Positions 11,501 to 25,515 of a stretch of 64,000 nt of DNA are shown here, in pieces. Under the pieces are notes generated by a model. The model was not told the DNA's origin, searched no databases, and saw only the letters and a list, made by a program, of their open reading frames with translations. Source of the stretch: Phoronis australis (taxonomy: Eukaryota > Animalia > Phoronida); the NCBI GenBank assembly GCA_002633005.1, contig NMRA01000215.1, positions 412,852-476,851 on the forward strand, written 5' to 3'. Numbering within the stretch: position 1 is the stretch's first letter; each line of letters opens with the position of its first letter. The position numbers and the translations under genes are program-made.

Positions 11501-14500
11501 ATGGTTCTCATGGCCAAGACACGTCTTCTCGGATTTATTTTTATAGTTCATAGTGTCTAAAATGGGCGGGGAAAATGCAGCCACGCACAGATAGCGGTTA
11601 TCCCTGACACCCATCTCTGTTCCCTAATACAAGTCAGACATAAAAGTCCAGGCACTGGGGTTGCAATCCCAACCGATAAGTAACACTAATAGTTTTCGGT
11701 TGGGAAACGCGATGAAGCGCGCAATAACTACTTATTTCTTTGTTCAGGACATACAAATTGAATCCACAGCAATGCTGCCTCTTAAGGATTGTAGTAATTA
11801 TCACCTACCTACACACATTCCATTTGGATTGCGTTTTTTTGTGTGAAATTGCTTCACATAGCCTCAGACCCTCAATTCAGAAGCATTGCTAAATAAAGTT
11901 CGAATAATGCACAAATTAGAAACTTTCGTTATAAATCAAATAGTAAGCGACTCTTGTCAACATTATGAAATTGTTTCTATGCACGTTAAACGCGTTGGTG
12001 TACTGGCCACAGCAAATGTGTGTTCAGATGGCCTGTTTCTGCAATTGGCTCGGAACAAGAATGTGAAATGAAGTTTGAAAATGTCAAGATAGCACTGCAG
12101 TCTCTGAAATGAAGATATTGTTTGTATTTTCAGCTGGAAACCATTTACTTGAAAAAGTAGTGAAGTTGTAAGAACGGTAGCCACAAACATTGTAAAATAC
12201 TCAACATTGGGGCATGTTTTCAACCTAAAACAAAACATTGGAGATTTCACAAATTGGTGTACGCATCCAAGACTTTTCGTTTATACCTACAATCTTATTC
12301 TTAGTTGGCAACGTCACTTGGAGATCTATGGGAGCCCCACGCCACTTTCAACTGTCCAAAAATTGTTCCCAAATCACTTCCGTGTAGTATTCGCCCCGCA
12401 AACTGATAAGTCACTTTTGAAATAATCTGAGGACTAATTAAAGTGCTTCACCTAATTATCAAATGACGGAATGACGTCAAAGCTTACATGTTGCTTTAAG
12501 CAAATACCTAATCTCAATACGCTGTATGCAACTGAAAATTGACTCTTTCTCAAGACGTCAATTTTATTATCACAGTCGCAAATAAGAGCATTAGTGTGCT
12601 TGACGTCATAGGTCTTATTCAGTAATAAGACAAAACCCTAGATAGGATGACCAACACATTCTTATGCAAGGTTACATCTCTACTCGAAACATAGCCCGAA
12701 AATTGACCATTTTCACGTTTCTGTTCGAGTAAACTTACAAATTCATACTCGAACGTTGCAAAGTAGGTTGGTTAAATTTCAACGCGAGTCTGAATCTAAA
12801 TCGAACCTAAGTTTGAAGTATCCGGTGTTTCCATGCTAGTATTATGTTTGTACATGTAGTTTCAAAACTGAATTGAGCTTAATACCTCCGAAGTTTTCGT
12901 TGTACTCTGTGAGCACAGAGATCACAAAATGTACTTTCAAGCATTGTTGTTGTTTCTTCTCGTGGAAACACGTTTGCCACGTTAGTATCTTTAGCACAAC
13001 GAATAGGCGCTAAATCTTTAAATGTCTTGCAAGGGAATCAAATTATCCGCAATGCAATTACGGACACTAAAACTCCCACACCAGCTCTCGCTTGATTGAA
13101 ATCCAGTGCACGCTAACGTAATTTCTTGATTATCGAAGTTATAATCACATTCTATGAGTCAAACCATATTAAATGGGCAGTGCATCAATTGCAGATTTCG
13201 AACTTTTGCAATTATCGCCATTTTCCCGAGCGTTCATACCATTTAGGTGGAGAGGACGTCATAAAATGGCGACTTCAAATAAATAGTCTACGCTAAATTA
13301 TTACTTTTTCACACCGTATAAAATGACGAAACTACCAACAGCAAAAATGTCACCAAAGATCCAACCACTCCTATAAATGTACATGTACAACGTGCATATG
13401 TATCGCATGACTACGCACCAGTTGTTTCCCGTGTTTCCTGCCTTAAAAACAGCTCCAATGGAAAATGTCGTCTGATTATAGTTGCGATCTCGACTTGGCT
13501 GTATAAAGGGCCGGGATCAGTTCACAAACATTCATCCGATAACCACCAACATTAACTGTCATATTCGTGTAGCAGTGACACTCGTCCGGAAGTCATCAAA
13601 ATGTGGCTGCTGGAGTACAACACAGATGGGCAACCTCAGGACTGATTTATTTTTGATTTGTTTACAATGATTCGAAAACACTCAATATCATGTCATTGTA
13701 CAAAACAATACTGGTATTTCATTTGAAGCAAAGTTACAGTTTACCATATAGACCTAACGAAAAACGAAGTTAGACTCTATAGTCGCGCGTGTAACTTGGA
13801 ATCGAAGAACTCGATATAGGAAACCACTTAAGGGTGCAACCTATTTATTACCGGATAAACGACATAGGATCTTTACAATTTTCACAGTTGGTTGTTTATT
13901 CTGAGGATGGAAGGTTTAACGATATCTATGACTCGATTAATTTAACAGACCACGCTACTTTGATTACGTGAAATGACAATCTTACTTTAGACCAGAGAGG
14001 AACAGGAAGGAAGCTGACTTAACTGAGCTTCGCTGAGAGACGGGTCTTCGTGTCAGTTGTGTTAAAAGTAGTTTTACTGGGGTGAACCATCCTACCATCT
14101 AGAAGTCCAACGGTCTCGTTTTTGTTCACCTCGCGAGGACCCTGAAAATAATGCAACATGGCACATTGTAAGCTACTTTAAGCAAATTTAAAACCCAGGC
14201 TTAGAAGTAACAGGGTATCAATTTTTAAGCTCAAATCATCGAAAGACAATCAAAATTTTTATTTGCATGCTCTTGATTATGAAATATTTGTCCCCTCCGT
14301 TACAAGGAAAATAATTTATTGAGTAATAGGGCATCCGTTCAATTTGTTGCTCCAGTCGACTTAACAATTTTTTGTCCACTTGTGAAGATATAAGAAAGTG
14401 TCCCAGCCAATGTAGGAATAGTTTAGTGGAAATGAACTCTGCAGCATTTCTGTGCATTACGTGCCATTGGACAAATACCGTAGTGAAACAATGGTGGCGC

Positions 14501-17402
14501 ATTTTTACAGCTCAATCGAAACTCTTTGACCCAAACCACGGGAAACAGCAAACTAATTTAAACTGGTTATTGTTAATTAAGGCCCCCTGCTCTTGGACGG
14601 TCATGTAATAGTGTTCTGTTGACCGAGACACAACAAATCTGATGAAGTGATCTTCTCAGTCTTAACGAACTTCAAAAATATGATATCGAGTAATGTTTCC
14701 TCCTCCAATCATGGAAGTTCACGCGTTGTATTCTACTGACACGATAGTGATAGGTTTAATTAATTATTTAAGAACAGAGATTTTGGGCAGCAAATTATAT
14801 ACCAGTTACGTGACAGTCCACAAACAGATCATTCAGCGTATTGGAAAACATAGAACTTCGTAAAAATTCCACCAAGTTTGGAAGGGTTGACCAACCCCTC
14901 CAAAATACATGTTGCAGTTGGCGTTTCAATTCGTGGTGATGGTAGAACACAAGAAATTTTAGAACAAATTGGGTAATAATCAATCTCTCACGTGGTATAC
15001 ATATTTAGCGCGAAATGATAACTTATTTGATGTTTGTGGGCGTACGATGAAAGCTAACAGGTTTAAGAAGAAGGTGATGGCTGTCACAACGAAAGTCGCA
15101 AAAGGAAAGTTACACATGTAGGCAGTGAAAGTTCAGGATGTCCATATAACGTGACTTACGTTGGAACGTTAACAAGAGTGATTAGTACCCGTTTCGGTTG
15201 ATTACATTAGTTGAGCAGGTACGAAAGTGTCGTCTCCTTTTTGCTCAAGGCCTAAAATGGAAAAAAGAAACAGGCAACGCAAAGACACAATCGATGTCAC
15301 GAAACACTCCACTAATACCCTTATAACAATTGATTCCAATCCCCCACCATGTGAGAAATACCCTTTTTACAACGGTTAGGGAACGGGTCCAGGTGACCCT
15401 TTAACTCCCTTTGACTCACATTTTGAGTAATCATGCATTTTTGGCTTAGGACTTTGTTGGCTAGTCACCTGCATGTTGTCCATCGTTAATACATTGGCTT
15501 GACCGATTTCAAGGCTTCTAGCCTCTGTACGCACTGCTGCCTCAGCTGTGAGTGTTGCACCAATGTCATGGAGCTTAATAAATTTGTTGTGATTATCTCT
15601 GTCGAAAGTTAGCTTGTGTCACTTGGCCTGAAGAAAATATTCAAGTGAAATGTACGTCCCACCGCACGTTTCTTGGCATGCTGTACCAGACTTCGAACGA
15701 CTGATCCGAGTCACGTTTTAGGAACACCAGAATCTCACGGAGGTTGTGGGTCTCGCTGGGTAAAATGAACATCAAACTTTTTAAGGACAATTAAGTTCAA
15801 AATCGCCCAGGTTTTCCCTTTCTACATCGGTGCCATCTGTTCCAACACAGAATCGCCAGTATTGTTCAAAAACCCAACCTTTTGCTCATCCTGTACTGCT
15901 ACTGCATCTGATAGCTTTTACATGTAACTAGCAAACCAGGAAACGCTGTTGTCACTTAAGCCAGGTTGCCGACTGATTTTCGGTCTCTCGGGAAAGTAGT
16001 TCGGGTGCACGTACACTCGGATTTTTCGTTGTCAGTTTACTTATTAGCACAAACGAGTTTTCAGAACGTGAAGTATCCACTCCTGGCACAATGTTATATG
16101 CGTACCATGTCAAATAAAGTGTGGGAGCCCTATGTGGCACTCAAATGTTATTTTTGTTTTTTATAACCACGTGGTTTGACTTTATCCATTATGAATTAGC
16201 GACTGCTGGGTTGGCTAGGCATTTTATTTTGTGCTGCATTTGAAGGGTACGAATGCCAGCCATTTGTTTCTTGAGTCTATTCTGATTGAAGGAATGCTAG
16301 TTGTTGACTCCTTGACCCACTCAGTTTCTAAAACCTTTGCTTATTGCAAGGGGAAGCTTAACCTCAGCATGTGTTACCCTCCAGGCACTTGAATTAGTGA
16401 AACATCTGGCTGGTCCAGCGGCACCAACTCAATTTCTGTTATCTGGAGGATTTTGACATTCCAACTGTGCTTTCTTTCAGGTCTCAGTAATTGCATGCGA
16501 ATGATCGCTTTGGGATGATAACGGATGAATTGGCATATTTATGTTCGCTTTTGCGTAGCCTGGCCGGCTGAAGCAGCACTGGGAACTGTAAAAGATGAAA
16601 AATTGACTTTGGGATCTGTCTCAATTGTGTTTGCGAAAAGTTTTTGAAGTCTTTGGCTGAGTACACTGTTCATATTTTCAGGTTTTGCACACCCCGTGGA
16701 GTGTTGGAGCTGCCTATGCCAGGTTTTGTAAGCCCCAACACAGCAAAACTGTTGAGTGCCACATTAACGTAAGCACTGAACAGATATTACGTCAAAACTG
16801 GGCGAATTTCGTCGTTGCAAGAATCTGTAAACCTTACGGCACTCACTGCATTTAGTAAACTTCGAGACAAATTTGTGAGAGCTAATTTCGTACGTGACTA
16901 CAATTAAGCGTTTAGGTAGTAAAACGGAACGAAATGCATCTTCATGTCTGACTGAAACCATCACTTCTGAAGCATTGCTCAGATGAGAACAATCTACTGA
17001 TTTTTGTTTTTTACAATAGGCCTCAAGATCAGTTTCACTGTTTTTGTATTAACCCGTCTTCTGTCGACCAAAGAGAGTTTCACATTCTTTCTTGTATCCA
17101 TATTTGTGTGACCACACATACACATGTACGAGTATGTTCATATTGCCGTCATCTTTGCCTGGGCGTTCGCGCGCCCGATGTCCGGGCTTCCGGCGTTCGA
17201 GCGTCTGGCGTCCACCTTGACTGCTGCATCTCATAAGCCCCTAACTGGGGCTAAAATGAGATTGATAAGATGTGTTCCTTTTAAGCTAGTGGCGGACTAT
17301 CACTCCAGGACTGATTCGTTTGCTATGAATCGGATTTTGGCCTCAAGATATCGCTTTCTTATTATTTAGTTCATTATTTCCTTTGGCGTTTCCATTTTTC
17401 AG

Positions 17403-17579
17403 ATGTCCCTGGTTCCCTGGGAAATACAAGCCAATGTGATTGGCTGCAGTGTAGCAGTGGCATTGTTGATTATACTCTTCTGCAAACTGATCGCTCCTTT
17501 GGCTGGAAATGCGAAATCGGAAAAGAGTGAAGAAAAAGACGAATTGACCAAACACGATCAAGCCCTTGATGAATACAAG
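17403..17579 (+). CDS. Exon of an unidentified small single-pass membrane protein
   Basis: TTTTTCAG acceptor then ATG; MSLVPWEIQANVIGCSVAVALLIILFCKLIAPLAG hydrophobic segment followed by a charged tail; GT after phase-0 AAG. Confidence 0.55.
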
Positions 17580-18730
17580 GTGTTACACTGATTAAATTAT
17601 TTTTCATTGTGTTAGCAGTTAATTGTCAAGGTAATCACAGGTAATGATTGATGAGACACATTGAGTACTTGGAAAATATGTTGTTTCTTTTTTGGTTTCT
17701 GTGATGTATGCGGTCAAGCATGTTAACTTTACATTTTCAAAGACTTGCTCACTAAAATAAATACTGCATCGGCTTTAAAACTAAACTTGGACTGGTCTCC
17801 GCCTGCCAAATGATTGATGAATGATGAACTGTCAAATCAGGCCACAAGGTCCAGTGGGTTCTGGTCTATAGCACGAGTCATTTTGAAATCTGCACTCACT
17901 GACTATAAACACGCCCATCCGCATCAATTTCAGTCAAGATTTTTTTAATGTTTATTACTAAATATACAATGAACTATAACGAGGGTTAAGCGCTAGAATC
18001 CGCAGAATGCAAGTCAGCTAAGATCAGGGCTCGGGGTCTACTTTATGTACTCAAAATCGAACTCGGAAATAGTTTTTGTCATTTTCTATTTTACTTTTTC
18101 GTGAACTCGGGATATTAATTGTCTATTATTCTGCGATTGCGTACATAATGGTTTACGCATGCGCGTTTCTAGTTCGCACTTGATGATCTCTGATCCAAGC
18201 TAAAAACTCCTGACTAGTAAAAACTCGATATTTCGAGTAAAATAGCTAAGAGGTCCTGAGGTCATTAGATGCAAATTAGGATTAGACAGTTATTCACGCA
18301 ACCCATCATGTAATGGAATGTAGAATAATATACTTTTATATTGACTTCAACAAAAATATATTAACAGAAAATGCCAAAAACAAATTCAGGTTCGATTTGG
18401 AGTTAACATATTAGACCCCAGGTCTTGCTATATTTTTGAAAAGTTGTGCACACGCACGCAAGCAAGGGAAAACAAGGCTTGAAACGTCATGATTTACCAA
18501 GTAGTGGGGAAAAAGAAAAAAGTCAAATACCGCATCGTTTTGATCGTCTCAGTTGGATTTTCTTTCCCAAAACGTGATCAGCTAACAAAATACTGAACCA
18601 CCGGTTCGTTTCTCAAAAATTCAGAACCAACTTTACTTTTTGGTGTCACATTTGTGTATTTTGAAGTACCGTAATTTTGTGCTGTAAATCACTGCACTGT
18701 CAGCATTTGGATGCCTTTGTTTCCATCTAG

Positions 18731-18917
18731 GATCCAGCAGAACAAGTTCAAGAACTGAGATCAGATGCTGCCGGGAAATGTGTGCTACGTGATACCTTAA
18801 GTGGTGACGACAGTTGTATTGGCGAAACGACCACGAACCATTTTGACGAAGTTACACCAGATGAGGACACAAGCCGCGCGAGCAGTCCTGCGCACTCGCA
18901 TGGAGAGTCTTCTGTTG
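18731..18917 (+). CDS. Next exon of the same putative gene (acidic, Ser/Thr-rich)
   Basis: TTCCATCTAG acceptor, open in phase 0 (DPAEQVQELRSDAAGKCVLRDTLSG...HGESSV), GTAGGA donor in phase 1. Confidence 0.55.
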
Positions 18918-19599
18918 GTAGGATTTCATGCGCTGAAATTTGTATTTGTTTTGAGCATCACCCCAGTAACCGTGTAAGCTACAGCAGTTAAAATTGAAAT
19001 TGGGATTTTTGAACCTTTGGATAAATAATAGGAAATGACTTTTTAGATAAATGGTTATCATTTTTGTGAAAATTTTATTTGTCGGAATCCAATCTTTCCC
19101 GAAACTGAAAATTGACGACCCATGAATTCCCCCCTATTTTATCCTGCCAGTAAGTTCTTGTATTTGAAACTAGATCGTCTATGTCATTGATGTGATATCG
19201 CCCGATTTATTATGTGAGCGGAGATACTTTTTATGGATCTTCACTGAACTAAAGGCTGGCCAATGAGTGGGGCCCACCTACTTTAATATTCTGCTCGACG
19301 GTCATCTTCAGGTTGGGTACCATTCCATCAATTCCAGAGGGACAATGCATAGAGAGGAGCACGGCTCATGAAAATTAGAAATGTTGCATTGCCGGTGAAA
19401 GTCTTGTTTGGATGTCAGGTTGGAAAAAGGAATGTGAATAATTATTGTTTTTTTTTACAAGAATTGTATCCTGTTATCTGCAAATAGTCAAGATGAAATT
19501 TCTGACTTCCACAGTGGCCATTCGCCGCCGGTATTCAAGCGATCAATCGGCGACTTTCTCGCATACTAAAACCGGAGACAAACCTCTAAGAAAACAATA

Positions 19600-20360
19600 A
19601 CCTACGAGACTGACAATGCAGTCTACTTATCTAACCATAATTTAACTGATAGTGAGATTAGCCTACTTTCTAAAGGACTTAATTTCTGTCCTACCAAAAC
19701 CAATATTGACAAAGATGAATTACTCACTGATATTTGTACTTTCGCTAGACTTCTCAGGTTGGCAGAATATTTTGGCAATCCCACCAAAGATGAGACTGAC
19801 AAACCCCCCTCAGAACTAATCCTTTCAAGAAAAATAGCAAAGGGAATCCACCCAAAAGTCAAAACCATGCCCTCGCAAGTTACATTGAAGCTATTACTAA
19901 TGATGTCATGAATTACAAAAAGCATAGCTACAAATATATTATTACTAAATCCGAAAAAGATGCCCACACAAATCTCGCTAAAAAAGAAATCGTAATTAAA
20001 CCAGCTGAAAGGATCAGCAGTTGTTATAATGGATCAGCAGAAATATATTGACGAGGCTCTCCGGCACCTTAACCGCACTACATACTACAAACGGTTAGAT
20101 AATAACCCAAACACAAAGCATATCAGCATTATAACTAAAGCTAATTTGATGCTTTCTACTATGGTCACAGTGACAAAGACACCAAAAACTACCTCATGAC
20201 TGCTCCGGCAACCAAGTCGCTTTTATCTCCTTCCTTAAATCCACAAAGAAGGTAATCCTGGACGCCCAATTATAGCCAGCAACAACTGCCCTACTGAAAA
20301 AATATCTCAGTTTGTCGAGTACCATCATCAGCAGTTTGTCTTCACCCTTCCGATCCATAT
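19600..20360 (+). mobile_element. Penelope-like element RT N-terminal fragment (Neptune-like), decayed
   Basis: [71 protein letters not shown]; truncated by the TIR element at 20361. Confidence 0.85.
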
Positions 20361-20563
20361 CGCCCCGGCTAACCCGCGATCGAGAACGACCGGAAAGCGA
20401 TCGAGAACGAAATTTGGTGCGAGAAGCGAAGCCAGGCAAGGTGAGTAAATTTGATGAATTTTCGTTGTTTTTACTTCCAATGTAAAAACAGAGACATGAC
20501 TTCAAGGCGTAACACATGTAGGAAGGGCAGGTAGAGGTTTAGGCTAGTGTCTCTCCCAATATA

Positions 20564-22655
20564 TTGACCTATCGCCAGGATTATGACGGACGGCTTAATT
20601 GACCAATCAGAACGCAGCATTCCTGGCACACCTTCGTCTGCGTTTCCAAGCCGCCATTTTACCCGACAAACCACACGTAGTCCAGTAAAACTTACTGTAG
20701 TCTTTAGCTCAAGAAATTGTCCGCTAAGAATGGGGAAATGGTGTTGATATGGCGTATGTAGCACCGACAGCCGTTATGCTGCTCCAGAATAATATCCCGT
20801 TATTTTTTGGCATGTCCTAAGCCGAAAAATGATGTTGAAATGAGCAAACTATGGCTCAAACTGTACGGCCACACGAGCAGCTGTACTATGCAATGTTGCT
20901 TGATAACTCGAATGCTATAATAAACACAAATATATTAGTTCCAAGATACGCACTTTTCACCTTGGTGGCTATGGTGCAGAGCTGTCTCAGATTTTGACTC
21001 CCGAGTTTCCTACGTCTGGCCGCCTACGGTCTCGGCACCTGCTGGATCTCAGCACTCTCAGTAGTGGTAGTCCCCGGAAATTGTTGTTTTCAAGGACATT
21101 TTTTATGTTTTTTTTATTTATTTCAACCTAATGGACATTATTTTGCTTCGTATCAGAGGTACATTTTTATTATTCATAAAACGTAGGCTGGCGTTCAACT
21201 CAGTTTTCTTTCCCGGTCAAAATTCAGAGATTCGATCGGCACAGGGAAGGGCACTGGATTACTGTCGGAACTCAAAGCCTTGGTCGAGCTGTTGTCACTA
21301 AAAATAAACTGTTGAATTACTTTTTTGACGTGTCACCTCTAGTATACACTATGTCTGTAGAGTTAGACAGAGCTCATTTTGAAGTTGTTCAAACATGATA
21401 TTTAGATTTATGAAGCTTTAAAAAAGAATTTGCCAGTTATTTTTGTAAATACCCTATTTTTGCAACTACCCCACCAGAGTTGTAATCTTTTGTAACAATA
21501 CCACGACTTAGTGATCATGCTACCTTCAAAGTTAAATGAAAGCTAACTTTATGGAATGAAACTACAAAAAAATGCCAAGTTCATAAGAAGGTAGGCCTAA
21601 TTTAAAAGTCTTAATGGTGCAAACGGACTATCCATAGGCGGATTTAGGAGAGGGGGGCCCCAGCCCCAGCCCCCCCGCCCCTTGGCTGCCGCAAGCAAAA
21701 TGAAACAGCAAAAGCGTGAAGCGTGAGAAAATGTTGAGTTCAGTAACTAGGACCGGTAGCGGAAGAGGGGGCTTAGTCCCCAGATCAAGGCGGAATCGTG
21801 TTCCTGTTTTTTTAGTCCACAGATAGATTTTCTGAACAGAAGGTCCAAAGGTCTACATCCCCGAACCCTGCAACTTTTGGGCTGCCTGTGCACATATACT
21901 GATCGCACTTTGCCCAATTCCACAAGGCAACATGTTGGGCCCCCCTTGTGGTGTCCTAGATCCACCACTGAATTCCAGACATTAATTTGACTTAGACACA
22001 GCCCTAGACCTACCGGAGCTAACTGTTTGCCTAGGACGAAATGAATGTGTACCTGAGCTATGAACCTGATTTTTTGATCAAAATGTTTCGTTACAAGATA
22101 AGAAAAGCGTAAACAGTGCTATCGAGTCGACCTAGTCACAGACTATAGTGCATGTGTTGTCTGTAATCTATGACCTACTTTACTCCAGGAGTCCCACCAG
22201 TTGTGACTTACTTTTCATTTGGCGAAGTTTAGCAGACGACAGAATAAAAATATCGGTCAATCTTCAATGATTTTATTCGAAAGATCATGAAATCTATGGA
22301 ATCGTACAGATTCGACTTTAAGGTACATACCCAGCTTTATATGAACATATCGTATCAATGGCCTTGTCATTTGTCAGGTGAAGGTGGCCCCGAGGCCGAG
22401 TTCTTCGGATTTTCGCTGGCTCCTCGAGCCATTTTTTCATCGTCATCTTTACAAATTCCCATATCACGAACGTACGATTCTCTGTTGAAAAGCATCGCCT
22501 CTTGTCTCTGTCGAAGCGTTTTCAAGTAGTGCAAAAACACTCATCGATTCCACCAGGAACGTCGTTTAGCGACAGTGTATTTGCCTCTGACATCTCGTTC
22601 GATTGTCGGGTATCACGTGACTTTTCGCATAGGGGCGGAGCTTGCGATAGGTCAA
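20564..22655. mobile_element. Nested DNA element with TTGACCTATCG terminal inverted repeats
   Basis: TTGACCTATCG...CGATAGGTCAA. Both ends match the short derivative at 47470-47644. Confidence 0.65.
21633..21970. mobile_element. hAT-like MITE
   Basis: CATAGGCGGATTTAGG...CCTAGATCCACCACTG; left end homologous to 59814 onward. Confidence 0.6.
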
Positions 22656-24786
22656 ATTGACCTATCGCAAGCTCCGGGTGGGGTGTACCTTGTAACATGT
22701 TCGCTGAAGCTCGCCTCACATTAACAGTGAACTTATTTCCTGAAATGAGAATAAATTCGTTTGTGAAACTAAAACTATGCTTGATGTACATGTAGTGCTC
22801 ATGACAATTTAATGGAAATATGCTATGTTGTTGTTCATTTTTGATGTGAAAGTAACACAGTAACGACACAAAATGTGATTAAATCATTGCACCACACTTA
22901 TTTTATAACCTTTTTCACGTTTTATAAGTAAAAACTTCATTACTGTTCGACACACCACAATGCGTTCCCGATCGCATAAACAACACAAATTTTCGTTCCT
23001 GATCGCTTATCGTTGCGTTCTCGATCGTATCTTTCAACAGGAAATTGTCGAAAAATTAGAGATCCTGACAAAACTACGAAAAACAGGCATTGCGTTATAT
23101 TTTCACACCTCATTTCTTCTTATCTCCATGGTCAATTTATTGATTTAGAGCCAAAAATAACGGCAATTTGCCAACATGACACTCAAATCACCTTCGGCTT
23201 AAGTGATGCCTCGGTCAACGTAACTTTTCTCCTATAATTGGGAGAGACACTAGCCTAAACCTCTACGTGCCCTTCCTAAATGTGTTACGCATTGAAGTCA
23301 TGTCTCTGTTTTCACATTGGAAGTAAAAAAAAAAACACGAAAATTCATCAAATTTACTCACCTTGCCTGGCTTCTCTTCTCGCGCCAAATTTCGTTCCAG
23401 ATCGCCTTCCGGTCGTTCTCCGTCGATCGCGGGTTGGCCGGGGTGCACTCATAAACGTCTGGGATTAAAAAAAAATTGGCCAGAAGTTGTGTAAATTGGT
23501 GTGCTGATAAAACAGGTGGGATTTTACTTAGTCTTGATGTTTTACTGGTAACATCGATACAGAGATGAACAGATTGACTCATAGTTGTGGCACCGTGTGG
23601 CTTGAATGTACGTTGTGTTCGACTCTTCTGTATTGGTCCTAAGTTCACCTACATCATCAGTTCATGATCTCAAGTTTAGTGTGACATTGAAAAAGATTGA
23701 GAGTTATAATACACACACTATATTGTGATTTTCTCAAAACGTAGTTAACATGTTGTCATTAACGTCACTTCAACTACACACTGTAGTGATTTACACAGGA
23801 AATCAACAATATTGTAGCATTTCTATTATAATACTAATCTTTTATCACACGTACCAAAAAATTGGTCTTACAAAAATATATAAATTTATTTATAGGGAAA
23901 TCAACAAAACAAATCCATTGAACATTTCCCACGAATTACTTTTGGAATGTATTAGACTAAATCATCACTGAATCATAGACAAATGTATTTAGGACTGATT
24001 GACAGTGTAACAGTCTCTCACAGGAAATCAACAAGATGAAAGCAATTTCTACAATAATCATAGACATATATTTTCATTTAAAATACTCATTGGTCAGAAC
24101 AATTGTATGTAAGTATTACCCAATGGCACTTATTATGGCCATTTAAATCTACCTAAACGCTACAAAAATGTACTGGTTCTGTTAAAGATCCTTTTAAAAT
24201 AACACAAAATTAATATAGAAAGAAACTTGAGGAAAAAAGGTTCAAAACAAAACGTCAAAATACTATCAGATCAGACAACTACCGACCACAGACTTTGTAA
24301 ATCTGAATAAACTATAAACAACCTAGTCCAGTGCTGAAGCTTCAGCACTGGACTTAATGATTTCATTCATGACGTTTCTGCTTGCTATGCCTGAGTGTAG
24401 AAGGAGGCTTTTACCGAATGCCATTACTTTCTGAGCTCTTTATTTTAAAAAATAAGCAAAAGCCAAGTATTATTTCAAATCCACAACAAAATTTACACTC
24501 TGACGCTTTTCTGTGTGTAACATTCGTACCAAGATGGCCTCTATTTAAGCAGAAAATGACCCTTAAGCTCAGACACCGGGTACGTGACTGTCGTCTGCCA
24601 TTTTTTAGTGTAAGGTCTCGTTCTCGATCGCCTTCCGGGCGTTCTCAGTCGATCGCGGGTTGGCCGGGGTGTAGCTACGGTTTCTGCTGACGGCATGTAT
24701 ATTTGTCCATGCCTCGCGCGCGCGGCGTGTCTTCACCGCGCGTGCGTCCTGGCATGCACTGCCATCGAATCGTGCAACACCACCCA

Positions 24787-25515
24787 CGTCGACGCCAAGT
24801 GGAATTTTTTTTGAAGTAGGTCACGGCAAAGGTCCGTGCGATGGACTTGGTGGAACGACAAAGAGAATGGCTGACGAAGCGATAAGGAGCGAAAAGGCAA
24901 TCATCCAAGACTGATTTTTACAAATGGGCTCTAAATTCCAGCATGAAGAGTGTGACATTCTTGTTTGTTTCTTCTGACGACTGTTATAGGGCAGCAGACA
25001 TTGTACTGAGTGAAAGACGCGTTGTTCCTCTCAAGGGTACATTCAAGGTCCATTCAGTGCTTGGCCGTGGTTCTTCTTTGGTTGCCTTCAATGATGTTAG
25101 TTGTTACTGTGCGGTTTGTATTACCGGAATCGAAACTTGCACTGAGTGGAAAACACAAGTAATGGAAAGCGCTTCAGGAGCGACAGCAAAAAGCCACAGG
25201 GAGAATTCTGTGAATTCGAAACAAAGCCGCGTTGATCATGTTGCTTACAACGAGGGAGAATTTGTTGCCGCACTATTTGAAGGCAGTTGGTATGTAGGTA
25301 AGATACTGCAACTTGATAGCGACGACATGGAAGCTGAAATACAGTTCATGGAGCATAAAAAACAGCTTTTACAGTGGCCAAATCACGATGATGTCATATG
25401 GGTTCCACAGTCCAGCATCATTACAAAAGTTAAAGAACCAAGTCCAACAGGCAAGACTAAACGGATGTTTAAGTTGGACCAAGAGGACATAGACCAAATA
25501 GAAAAACATTTGTGA
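24787..25515 (+). pseudogene. Sola2-like transposase, C-terminal remnant
   Basis: VDAKWNFFEVGHGKGPCDGLGGTTKRMADEAI upstream of a frameshift, continuing into ORF 24943-25515 (PLKGTFKVHSV, SCYCAVC). HGKGPCDG.GG..KR is the Sola-type motif as I recall it. Confidence 0.75.

Larger units (their letters stand above)
20361..23445. mobile_element. Non-autonomous DNA transposon with about 200-bp TIRs (CACCCCGGCCAACCCGCG end; possibly CMC/Chapaev/Transib-like)
   Basis: 20361-20562 and 23234-23445 are inverted repeats. A third copy of the terminus ends at 24671. No clear TSD, so the superfamily is uncertain. Confidence 0.75.

Noticed and set aside
11500-17300. Numerous short ORFs and possible small exons (e.g. 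near 12134, 16481, 16682)
   Set aside because: No recognisable motifs and no phase-consistent chain that I could support.
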